From NCBI GenBank assembly GCA_020536535.1, contig JAHLWZ010000846.1, forward strand, positions 1-64,000: a stretch of DNA of 64,000 bases, read 5' to 3'. Both the position numbers and the translations under genes were made by a program. Of this stretch, positions 37,601-48,415 are shown one piece after another. The stretch comes from Pelomyxa schiedti. Taxonomy: Eukaryota; Protista; Evosea. The first letter of the stretch is position 1; each line of letters opens with the position of its first letter. Below the pieces are notes generated by a model. The model did no database searches and was not told the DNA's origin. It saw only the letters and a list, made by a program, of their open reading frames with translations.

Positions 37601-38540
37601 TTCGCCCACGGGTCCTGTAAATTTCATTGCTGCAGTGGGTCTCGCCATATTCTGCCAGCACTGGTATGTTTGTTGTCAATTCAACAGGTATTCACACTTT
37701 AAAGGTACTGGTTCCCATATGTGCACTTCCTGAGCCTTTCTCTGATGCCAACCACCATTATTGGATTGGACGCTGATCTGAACATTGTGCCTTCATTCAA
37801 GTACAAGTCGGACGTCCCCCCACCAATGTTTGCTTATCCTGCCAAAGTGAAACCACCAGAGAAGGTAAGGAAAATAGTCCTCTCGAGCTGGGGTAACTTT
37901 AATGTAGGTCCAACACACGAAAGGAACAACCTCAACCCTTTCCTATAATCGAAATAAGCCGCAGGCCAAAAAAGCCCAGCCAGCTGACAAGAAGGACGAC
38001 AAAGCAACAGCTATGGAAGTTGTACGTAATCTTTTCATCCCAAGGTATGCTAAAAGTTTACAGGACGATACCAAGAGCACTGGAAAACCTGCTCCTGCCA
38101 CACAAACTAACTCCACACCAAATGTTGCTCCAACTTCCACTCCAACACCCACTCCAGCCCCAGCATCAACCGCAGCAGCAGCACCACAAAGTGCCACATC
38201 CAAAGAAGCAGCAGATCCCACAAAACCAAAGGAGGTGGAACCGGAAAAAGCAGTTCCACCACCACCGTTCGAAATTCTCGAGAATGCATCCCGCGTCACC
38301 CAGTTGCAGCGCAAATACATCGTATTCAGCCAAAATGCCGAGTACACGCCCGTCAAGAACGAGAACGCCTACGGCATTGTCATACTACAAAAATCAACAA
38401 CAGCCGCTTCCACAACAGCACCCGAAGCTGCAACAACCCCGGCTGACGTTCCTGCACCAGGTGCACCTCTGTCAATGTTCCCTCCTGAGAACCCACCTAC
38501 ATCCACCCAACCACCAACACCCTTTGAGTGGAACGAGTAG
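34645..38540 (+). CDS. RPN2: 26S proteasome regulatory subunit RPN2/PSMD1
   Basis: [44 protein letters not shown] repeats ([31 protein letters not shown]), C-terminal PPTPFEW. Confidence 0.96.
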
Positions 38541-38834
38541 GAACAATTTTAAATTAAGAGTTCTCCCAGTATTAAGCTGTTGGGTTTTCCAAACACAAAG
38601 CTTGCGCAGAGCGTATGAAGCACCTGTTCAGGTGCCCACGCTCCCCCAGCTCGGTGCATACAAGAGGATCAGTTGCTAGGGATTTCTTCTTCCCATTTTT
38701 TCTACTATTTTGTGGGAAGCCGTGCTGGTGAGATTAAAAAGAAGAAGTCCCTAAAAAACGATCTTGGTGCTTTTGTCTACATCTCGTGTGGAGGAGAGGT
38801 GTACTGTTGGGGGTGTCAAAGCAATTGAGGGTCT

Positions 38835-41537
38835 TCAGTCTTCTTTGTGTCCCTTTGTTGTTGAGTGCAAGCAACTTGGCTGTGTTGGCATAAAGTTGGT
38901 TATCAGTTGCTGTTCTAGGTCAGGGTTACATCTGTTCTTGGTCTTTTGGAACTCCTTTTTGGATTCTGTGCAGGACCAGGGGCGCTTCGTTTCACCTGCA
39001 GCAGGACTCCCTCGTCAGTTTTGCTGGTGGTTGATGTGCACTTGATGGCACCGTCGTTATCATTGTTTGCTGCCGCCGCGGTCGACGAGGGTGTGTTGGC
39101 AGGGGCATCATCGACTGTCATTGGTGCAGTAGCAGCTGTTGCCGGTGATTTGGAGAGGTTGGAGTGTGCCGATGATGTGGGGGATACAGCCAACTGGCAT
39201 TGTGCCAATGTGGGTGTGTTGTTGCACACAGGCTTCGTTTCTGGAATGATTGTGAAGTAGCGGTGCTGCAAGGCGGTGTCGACGCTCACAGCCTTTTTGA
39301 TGAGCGCTTGACTGAGGTCATTCCCGTCAGCAGTGCGACAGGAGGCACTCACGTGATGACTGACCAGGAGTTCGCCAACGAGCAACAGGTCGGATTCAGG
39401 GCCACTGACCTCGCCGGGGTGATTGTTGAACGCTCTGAGGTGCTCCAGCGGCCTCCCTCTCTCAATCTCGGCCCACTCCAAATCCACCAGAACCCAGTGG
39501 CCTTGTTCACAATCTCGCATCACATTCGCCCAGCGAATGTCACAATGGAAGATTTCGGCTTCATGCAGCGTCTTCAATGCGCACAGTATCGCTTTGATGG
39601 CAGAGGCAAGGTCCACTTGGTTGACAGGCATGTCGTCGAAGCATGGTCTCATCTGGTAACTCACATCCTTGTCAGAACAGAAATACCCCGCAGCCTTGAA
39701 TGCCAGATTTGGGTTTCGGCGGGGCAGGGAGGAGAGCCTGTTGTACACCGTCCGCAGGATGGCAACCTGCCGGGATCCTTTGGAGTTGTTGTTTTGGTGA
39801 CCTCAATTTCACTTGGAGGAGGTCTCACCGAAATGCGGAGTACCGCACGTGACTCCGGTCGGTAAATGGTTTCAGTTTTCATGATGTGTGTCTTGTGGAG
39901 GTAGCAGGCAATGCGAACCATGTTGATGCTTGCGATGACAATTTGTGTGAAGTCCTGTTGGGCGGTTGTTAGCAGTTGTCTGGTAAAATACACTTGATAC
40001 ACGTAAATTCGGGTTGCGGAAATGCTCACACCTCAATACAGCTATGTAAGAACTGGTGACCACCAAAAAGAACGATTGAGTCATGGAACTGTGCTCCCCG
40101 AGGGTTGTTCTTGTTTGTCGTAAGGACAAATTGCATGGCAGACTTGTTAGCTGCAATCCCAAGATGAAACCAGACACGGTTCCAGATAGGGAAGAATGTT
40201 GACTTATCCATAAGGTCGCCCCTTCCTTTTCCCAGCATTTCCTTTTTCATTTCAACTGTTTTTTTTAGAGGAACATACCAGAGAGCATTTCTATCTGATT
40301 GAGTAAAAGGGATACATCAGGGAAAACAGAGCCTGAGGTTGATGGCGTTCGCCTATTAGTGCTGGTTGGATTTCCGCTACTGTGGCCCAAAGGAGGCTGT
40401 GGCACATTCCCTGTGGGTGAGCAACCAACACTTGTACTTGCCCTTGAGCTTGATTTGCTTGCATTTATTGATGAATGATCCTTTTCTATGACGGCAACTT
40501 GGAATCTGTTTGTGTCACTGATAATACATTCCAACTCTTTCCAAAGTCCTTCCACAAGCTGAAACTTGCGTTCTACTGTGCCTTCAGTGCCAACAGTGTT
40601 ATTAAAATCACCCTGTGCAATGCTGCCAAAAGATATCAGTGTGAAATGTCTCTACTTCATGAAAAATTAAAATATATTTGCCACCCAGTCAGGTGCGTGT
40701 TTAAAACCTGTTCAAGAACTTAGCTATCTTGGCTCCCAGACGTTGGTGCCCATGTGCAGCGTCCTCGATGCACCAAGGAGGTTCAAGAAGCTTGCAACTG
40801 CGACCCTCGGCCGAAATTGACGACAGTGAGATGGGGATAGGAACTGGAAATTCTGATTTCAACAACTCCTCAATGAGAGAGATCACTGCTGCAGGCGCAA
40901 GATACTCTTCCACAAGGTGATCTATTTTCTGTGCCGTTTCCGCCTCAATTATCAACAGCCTTTCAACCCAGCCAGAGAACCAGCTTTTCGACTCTACAAA
41001 CCCCAGATTCAGTTTTTCTTTCTTTATAAAGACTGATATCATACCAGAAATGCTCCATACGGTTCTTTTTTCCTTTGCCCACACCTTGACAGCTTCAAGA
41101 CTATTCAAACACCTCAGTTTGATGCGATCGTCCTGGATTGAAAAGAGATATTCTCTCAGATTTCTCTTCTCACTCTCTGGCAGGCTGGAACTTTCAACTT
41201 GTAGAAGAAGAGTGGTGCATTTTTTGAACGCTTCTGTCTTTTCCTCTTCTTCTTCTTTTGCATAGGGAATCTCTTGTGTGCCTTTCTCTTTTGCGGCTTC
41301 TTCTTTTACGACGCGAATAACTGCGAGCACCAGCTCTTTATGCAAGTCTCTCCTTGGGGAACCGTTTCGGTACAGAATGGGGTGTTGAATTACGTCAGGT
41401 AAAAAACGGTACAGATCACCGAGGGCGTCGACTTCACCGGCAAGAACCGACACGCACATATCTCGAACCACCAGTTGTTGATTGCTGTCAGGTGCAGCCG
41501 ACGCAGACGCCGCAGCACTTGGTACGGACGATGCCAT
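38835..41537 (-). CDS. Crinkler/RHS-like protein: variable N-terminus + PD-(D/E)xK nuclease-like domain + atypical protein kinase; may be frameshifted
   Basis: Spliced FPDVSLLLNQIEMLS/VEMKKE...DLMDKS...HLGIAA; IVIASINMVRIA; kinase LKTLHEAEIFHCDIRWANVM...VLVDLEWA...ESDLLLVG. Some junctions are ambiguous. Confidence 0.62.
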
Positions 41538-41966
41538 CTTCCGGTACTGCGGGGGTTTTTTTTTTATCGCGATTGGCGATCGTACGGAGTGCCCGTTTTC
41601 GGATCCTGATCTGTTCATTGTTCTGTTATTCTCCTAACTTGACATTATTCCTGGGTGATGGTGACGTAACATCTACTGTGGCTTGGTAGATATCCTCCCC
41701 AGGATCCCTCTCACAGCTCTTGAGGGATATAACATCATGGGGTAGTAGTTTGGGTTTAGCACCTCCACCACATGTAGTAGTCGAGTCTCTAAAGGAATCA
41801 AGGGAGAACTTTGGGCAGGTCTCTCCGACTATCATCATTGTGGTGCGCCCACAGGGTGCAGGGCAAACACCTCATGCTAGTGTTTGCAGCAAAAGAAGTG
41901 TCCTCTTTGAATACCCATGGGAGGAAATCTGAGCTGTAAAATTTGTTTGAAACTAATTCGACGACC

Positions 41967-43737
41967 ATGAGCCACTCCCCTGGCACGACGGCGATCGACT
42001 GGGCCAAAGCAGCCTACGCCAAACTAGGCGTGGATGTAGATGCCGTGTTGGTGGCGATGCAAAAGGTAATTACCTTATGAAAATGAAAGCCCGCCCTGAC
42101 CCTTGTATGTGGCTACTTGCTGGTTTTTTTTTTGGGGGTGGGTGCGGGGTGGGCCGTAGATTTCATTGAGTATTCCATGTTGGCAAGGCGATGACGTCGG
42201 GGGGTTTGAGCACACGGGGGCGGCACTTTCAGGAGGCGGAATTGCTGTCACTGGCGCTTTTCCTGGAAAGGCGCGATGCCCTGATGAATTGAGGCAGGAT
42301 GCCGAATTTGCTTTCGGCCTTATTCCGGGCAAGCACAGATTCAACCTACACGCTATGTATGTTGAGGTTTTTCTTTTTGGTCCTGTTACTATTATTATAC
42401 TGTTTAAAGAGCAGCTAGATTGCAACTGTTCCTTGTTGTTTATTGCGTGACTTTTAATGGAATAGATATGGCGACTTCAGTAGAGGATTCCTTGACAGAG
42501 ATGCTATTACAATTCAAAACTTTGAACCATGGATTGCCTGGGCATCACGAATTGGAATAGCCCTGGATTTCAACCCGACACTCTTCTCCCACCCAAAAGC
42601 TGCTGATAATTTCACCTTGACTCACCCCAATGACGGTACAGTCCAGTGCAATCGGGATTTTTCTTAGTATTTTTTTGTTAGCAATACGCTCTTTCTGGAT
42701 TGAGCATGTGAAACATTGTCGCACCATAGCTGCTGAAATTGGCAGGCGCCTTGGGTCTCCCTGTGTTAATAACTTGTGGATCCCTGATGGATTCAAAGGT
42801 ACGATCACACACTCTATTTCTCGGCATCAAAAATCTCTATCAGATCTACCTGTGGATAGAATTGGATATCGCCAAAGATTAGTTGACTCCCTTGATGTTA
42901 TTTACAAAGAAAAGTGGGCGTTTCATTGAGTTCCTGTTTAATCTATCTCTGTAGGTTACCAGCGAACTGTGTGAGAGACTCCGTGGAGGGAAAATTGTTT
43001 GGAATTGGCGCAGAGTCTTTTACTGTGGGGTCCCATGATTTCTACCTCGGTTATGCTGTCAAGAATGGTCTTATGTTGTGCATGGATACAGGTCATTTCC
43101 ATCCAACAGAATCTGTTGCAGATAAGGTATACACAAAACAAGAACGTAAAGACCGCCAACTGTTCCAAGATATCTTCAACTCTTTTGTGTATGGACGAAA
43201 TTCTGATTCACATGAGCCGGCCTGTAAGGTGGGACAGTGACCATGTGTGCATTCTTGATGAATCCGTCACCACTATAGCTGAGGAAATTGTTAGAGCAGA
43301 AGCCATTTCTCGCGTCCATGTTGCCTTGGATTACTTCGATGGCAGCATTAACAGAGTACTTTTTTTATGCTCCTACATTATTACTATCGCTTGTGTGGAA
43401 CCAATACTTATGGTGCACTTATGTATAGGTGGGTGCCTGGGTTATTGGAGCCCGCTCTGTCCTAAAGGCATTTTTGATGGCACTATTGCAACCCCACAGC
43501 ATCCTAAAGGAAATGGAGCGATCCGGCAAGTTTGTTTTTACTTTTGCACCGATTACTGGCCAACCAAAATTCAGGTACTTTGAGCGCTTGGCACTCCTTG
43601 AAGAGCTCAAGTCAATGCCTTGGGGTGCAGTCTGGAACCAATTCTGTAAAATCAACCATGTACCGCGTGGGAACAAATGGATTGCCGCCGTTTCCAAGTA
43701 CGAGCGTGATGTACAAGCCCCAAGGTCCAGGACCTGA
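41967..43737 (+). CDS. rhaA: L-rhamnose isomerase (bacterial RhaA type) with about 8 spliceosomal introns
   Basis: [116 protein letters not shown]. Confidence 0.95.
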
Positions 43738-43824
43738 ATGTATTCCAAAAGCAAGAATGAAACCAAACAAGAAAGAGAAGTGGTTTCTAATTGTTCTTTT
43801 TTTTTTTTCCCCCACAACTCGTTG

Positions 43825-46213
43825 TTAGTTGCCATAGGCAGACTTTTCTAGGTACAAGGGCTGCTGTTTACCTGGAAGGTAAATTTTGTTCTTGTGATTC
43901 AGCATGCCATTTCCGAGCCTGGAAAGGTATGATGCATAGACGAAGCCAGTGGCAAAGGCATCACAACCAGCATGGTGCATCCCGATGTTGCTGTTACTGG
44001 GTGTGCTTGTTTGTGGGGAACCGTCTTGAACAACAGGGGGTGGCGATGCAACCAGAGCGGTGGGGAGCGGCAGTGCCGTTTGGCTTGGGGGTGAAGGTGG
44101 CGATGTAGTAGCGGTTTCTGTTGCTGTTGGATGGGTGGGCAGAGTGGAAGCATGGTCGGTGGATGGTTGTTCTGGGGTGTCTTGAGTGTCCGCGGTTGTG
44201 TCAATCGGATTTGGTGTGGGTGATGTAGTTGGCAGGGAAAGTTCTTCCTTGGGGTCCTCTGGGGGTGATTCCGTTGCTGCAGTAACCACAGTACTCACTG
44301 CTGGAATACTATGCTGCGGAGCAAAACGAGTTCGCTTCTTCTGTGGTTGACATGGCTGCTGATGTAATGCGCTTCTCGATTCTTCAGCATCGAGTATTTG
44401 ATTAATATCATGTGAATAACGACATGACTTGTTCCAACGGCAGTGGCCTGTGGCCTTTCTGAAATTAAATAATTATTTACAAAGCGGAGATATCATACAG
44501 CGTATGCGTTACAACACTTCAACTTATGTGGTGTTTGAGTTGTGGAGAGGTTTCTTTTGAAACTGAGGAAAAGAGGTGTGCAAATAACAGCTCCGCGGCT
44601 CTTTGACATCCTCTCACTTTGGTTTTTGTTCAAAAAAAAAAAAAAATGAAGGCGTGTTAACCATTTCGCAAAAAGATATTGCAAGTAGGAGGCAGTCTCA
44701 TTAAACGATTTTTCAGCTATCCACTTTGTGTCGTAAAGGGGTGGAAAGTCATTTGATATCGAGTCAGAGAATTGTTTCAGATCAGGAGGTAGTTCCCCAA
44801 TGAAATTCTTATTGTATAAGAAAAGTTTAGAGAGAAAGGGACTGTAGCTACTTGGTAAAGGAAAACAAGATCTAATGAACCATTATGGAGAATAATGGGT
44901 ATTTTTTGTTGGCGTAGAATATGTGCAAAAAGAGTAACAAGTGTTTCTGGGTAAGGTTAGGCCAGTGTTAGAAATTCATATAGTTAATTATTTGCTTACG
45001 GAGTACAAGGTGAGATTACAGGCAGTTTCTAAATTATGCTGTTTGCGCTTTGTGTTTTTCATATTATTGAAATAAAAGAGGCAACAAACAACGTACTGTG
45101 GGATTTTGGCACAGATGGTTCTGCTGGTTCTTCTTTGCCTCCTCCCCAGAAGGGAATCCCTTTCAGAAATAGGTTATTCAAATCAAACCCAGTTTCCACC
45201 AGAAATTTCATTGAGCTGTGGTTGGTATCAACAAAAACCGTGGACCTTTAAGACGCACCTTGGTGTAACTTCAAAGAGGTCTTGCTTACAAACAAGCAAT
45301 TCATACGTATGAACATTGTATCGTACTGCACCAGTTGAAGTGCATGTCCTTTTTGGAGCTGCTTTCACTCCTTCACCTTTCAATTTCCCTCCAATTTCTT
45401 GGTTTGGAGACAGCGGTGCTATCTGTCGTTTTACTTGTGAAGACTGTCGTACACTGGGATTTGTTGCAGGCTTAGCAGTGGCAGATGGTTGTGGAACACG
45501 GCTAAAGGCTGAGATACCAATTTGTACAAGGGACTGAGATTGAGCAACACTGCGGAAAGAGAGGTATCGGTCAGGGATAAGCCTAGGAATTCTCCAAGTT
45601 AAAAGTAACCAACAAGTCATTCCTTTCCATACTTTTCAGCTTTCAAGTTGCCAAATCCAGTGAACTCCGTATCAATGGCAACAAAAGTGGCATGGCCAGT
45701 GGTCAGTACAATTTCATTCCACATACTTTCAAAGTTATCAACGCACACACTGACTGGGGGTGTGACAACAGCAACAGCAGTAGCCCCGGATTCGACTTCA
45801 AAACCAGGATTTGCAGTGGAGCCAGCACCGACTGACTCGGATGTAGACGTCGAAACTTCGCTTCGAAGCAAATCAGGCGGAATAGCAAGTGCGGCGCAAA
45901 ACGCGTCAGTTGGGCCACTGCCGTTGGGGCCGTGAGCCCAAAGATCTGCTGTAATATCGGTGTCGCGTTTAGTCGTTGTTTCGGTCGTGGTTACGCAAGT
46001 CGAAGATGTCGTGTTGGACCCGGTATCGCAGTCGCCACCAATGTTGGAATCCCGTTTATGGCGTGTTTCTGTGGCATCAGGAAGCTCAGTCGAATGGCAC
46101 GAGGCAGTAGTTGCCTGCTCCGACTCAGACGCAGGCGACGACACCGTAACGAGAGGGGGGTCAACAGCAGCGGTACCCATAATTTCCGTGACCTCTCGCT
46201 TGGGCGTCTGCAT
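43825..46213 (-). CDS. TOE1: TOE1 (CAF1-family DEDD deadenylase with CCCH zinc finger)
   Basis: FVAIDTEFTG; LVQIGISAF; spliced C-x8-C-x5-C-x3-H finger (CNAYA/ATGHCRWNKSCRYSH); HHAGCDAFATGFV; KNKIYLPGKQQPL. Confidence 0.85.
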
Positions 46214-46276
46214 TCTCGGTGGCGGCCGGCACAAATGGAAATGACGGACAGCGAAAAGAAACAACAAAAAAAGTAA

Positions 46277-48151
46277 ATGCTTCAGATCGCGGCCTACGGT
46301 GATGACGACGAAGTGGGCGAGGAGCCAGGACACAACAATGAGGGAAATAAAACAACCAACACGTCCCCTGCTACCACAACACCGACAACCGCTTCCACAT
46401 CAACAACAGCAACCACCACGCCCCCGGCGGCGGACCCAGGGACTGAGGTGATAGAGACCGCGGCCGCAGCGCCGCTGCTGGCCGACATGAAGAGCAAGAT
46501 GTGCCTGCCGTCGCTGACGCCCGACGTGCTGGACCCCGCGGGGCGGCGGGCGTTCACGACGTCGACGCAGCGCGAGGTGTACTACAACCCGACGGCGGAC
46601 GACCTCAACACGCCGCAGAAGGGCCCGCTGCAGCCGCACCGCAAGACGCCGCTGGGCTTCGAGAAGAACGTGCTGTGCGGCTTCGCCGACGACCTGTGCA
46701 TCAGCCAGAACGCCTTCAACGAGCAGTTCCACACGTTCCACTCGTTCGGCTACGCCTCCGACCCGTCCGGCGTCGGCAAGATTGTGGGAGACAAGACCCA
46801 GGTCGCGGCCCGCGGCGGCCAGTTCATATTCGACAGGCCCCCCAAGAAGGCGCCAAAGTCGGCCTCCCGTGCCAAGGGTGGGAATCCCGGCAGCGGCTCG
46901 TACTTGGGTCCCTGGGCTCCCCCGGCCTCAGAGGTTGCTGCAAATGCAAAGGCTGCCGCTGCTGAACTTGCTGCTGCCAGCGCGGCGGACGCCTCTGCTG
47001 ACCAGGCGGCGGCATCATCTTCTTCTTCTTCATCAGCTACTGAGGATTCTGCTGCTACTACTGCTAAGAACGGAGAGTCGGCGGCGGAAGGAAGTGGGAG
47101 TGGGAGTGCTGCTGAAGGTGGTTCTGGGGAGGATGGCACGTCGACTGTTCTGTACCTCAAAGGGGACCGGGACTACCGCGGCCGCACATTCATTTCTCCT
47201 CCGTCTGATATCAAAGCTGGGCCGCATGGCTGCTTCCTTCCAAAGAAACGAATTCACACCTGGAATGCTCATGCCAAAGGGGTTTCATGCGTTCGCTTAT
47301 TCCCGAAGTTTGGCCACCTGATGCTATCTTCTGGATTGGATGGCCAGATCAAGATATGGAACGTGTATGAAAGCAGGCAATGCGTGCGAGCTTACCTTGG
47401 CCATTCAAAGGGTGTGCGGGACCTGTGCTGGAATGCTGATGGTACCCGATTCCTCAGCTGTGCCTACGATAGACAGATACGGTGGTGGGACACTGAAACG
47501 GGTGCCGTTCTTGGCTCTTTTTCAAGTGGAAAAATACCATACTGTGTGAGGTTGCACCCTGAGCCAGCAATGCAAGATCAGTTCCTAGCAGGCTGCTCCG
47601 ACAAAAAGATTGTACAGTTTGATATCCGTACACGCGGGATAGTGCTAGAGTATGACCAGCACCTGGGGGCAGTAAACACAGTCACGTTCATCGACTCCAA
47701 CCGCCGGTTTGTAAGCAGCTCCGACGACAAATCCCTCCGAATTTGGGAGTACGGGATACCGGTGCCAATCAAGTACATCAGCGAACCACACATGCACAGC
47801 ATGCCGAGTGTCACAGTTCACCCGAACGGCAAGTGGTTTGTCTGCCAGTCACTGGACAACCAAATACTGGTGTATAGTGCCCGGGACAGGTTCAAGCTCA
47901 ACCACAAGAAGCGGTTCATTGGCCACATCACAGCCGGCTATGCCTGCCAGGTGAACTTCTCGGCCGACGGGCACTACCTTATCAGCGGGGACGGGGAAGG
48001 TAAGCTGTGGTTATGGGACTGGAAGTCGTGCCGGGCATACCAGCACCTGCAGGCCCACGAGACCGTGTGCATTGGCTGCGAATGGCACCCAGTGGAGCCG
48101 TCGCGAGTTGTGACTTGTGGGTGGGATTCCAAGGTGCACTACTGGGACTGA
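46277..48151 (+). CDS. CDC40: Pre-mRNA splicing factor CDC40/PRP17 (WD40); single exon
   Basis: Continuous 624-aa ORF with FNEQFHTFHSFGYASDP, DYRGRTF, CFLPKKRIHTW, EYDQHLGAVNT, KYISEPHMHSMP; ends HYWD*. Confidence 0.96.
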   Translation: MLQIAAYGDDDEVGEEPGHNNEGNKTTNTSPATTTPTTASTSTTATTTPPAADPGTEVIETAAAAPLLADMKSKMCLPSLTPDVLDPAGRRAFTTSTQREVYYNPTADDLNTPQKGPLQPHRKTPLGFEKNVLCGFADDLCISQNAFNEQFHTFHSFGYASDPSGVGKIVGDKTQVAARGGQFIFDRPPKKAPKSASRAKGGNPGSGSYLGPWAPPASEVAANAKAAAAELAAASAADASADQAAASSSSSSSATEDSAATTAKNGESAAEGSGSGSAAEGGSGEDGTSTVLYLKGDRDYRGRTFISPPSDIKAGPHGCFLPKKRIHTWNAHAKGVSCVRLFPKFGHLMLSSGLDGQIKIWNVYESRQCVRAYLGHSKGVRDLCWNADGTRFLSCAYDRQIRWWDTETGAVLGSFSSGKIPYCVRLHPEPAMQDQFLAGCSDKKIVQFDIRTRGIVLEYDQHLGAVNTVTFIDSNRRFVSSSDDKSLRIWEYGIPVPIKYISEPHMHSMPSVTVHPNGKWFVCQSLDNQILVYSARDRFKLNHKKRFIGHITAGYACQVNFSADGHYLISGDGEGKLWLWDWKSCRAYQHLQAHETVCIGCEWHPVEPSRVVTCGWDSKVHYWD

Positions 48152-48415
48152 CATCTGACGTCTGAAGTACTCCTCATCTTTGTTTGGTGTTTGCATTGTG
48201 CAAGAAAATCAAAAGGTACCCTACCGCAAAAACACACCCGAAGAAGCTTCCGGCCGATGATCAAAGTTTTTCCTCACAATCAAAATAACGGATGGGAAAA
48301 AAGATCCACGTCTCGTAGACGAAAGAAAAGAGAAAACAAACGCCACACAAACAAAAAAAAAAAGTTTTTTTCCCACTTGTTCCACGCCGTGTGCTGCGGT
48401 AACAACGAAGCCACC

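Noticed and set aside
38541-41966. Transposon boundaries around the Crinkler-like gene
   Set aside because: No terminal inverted repeats, LTRs or target-site duplication were found by inspection.
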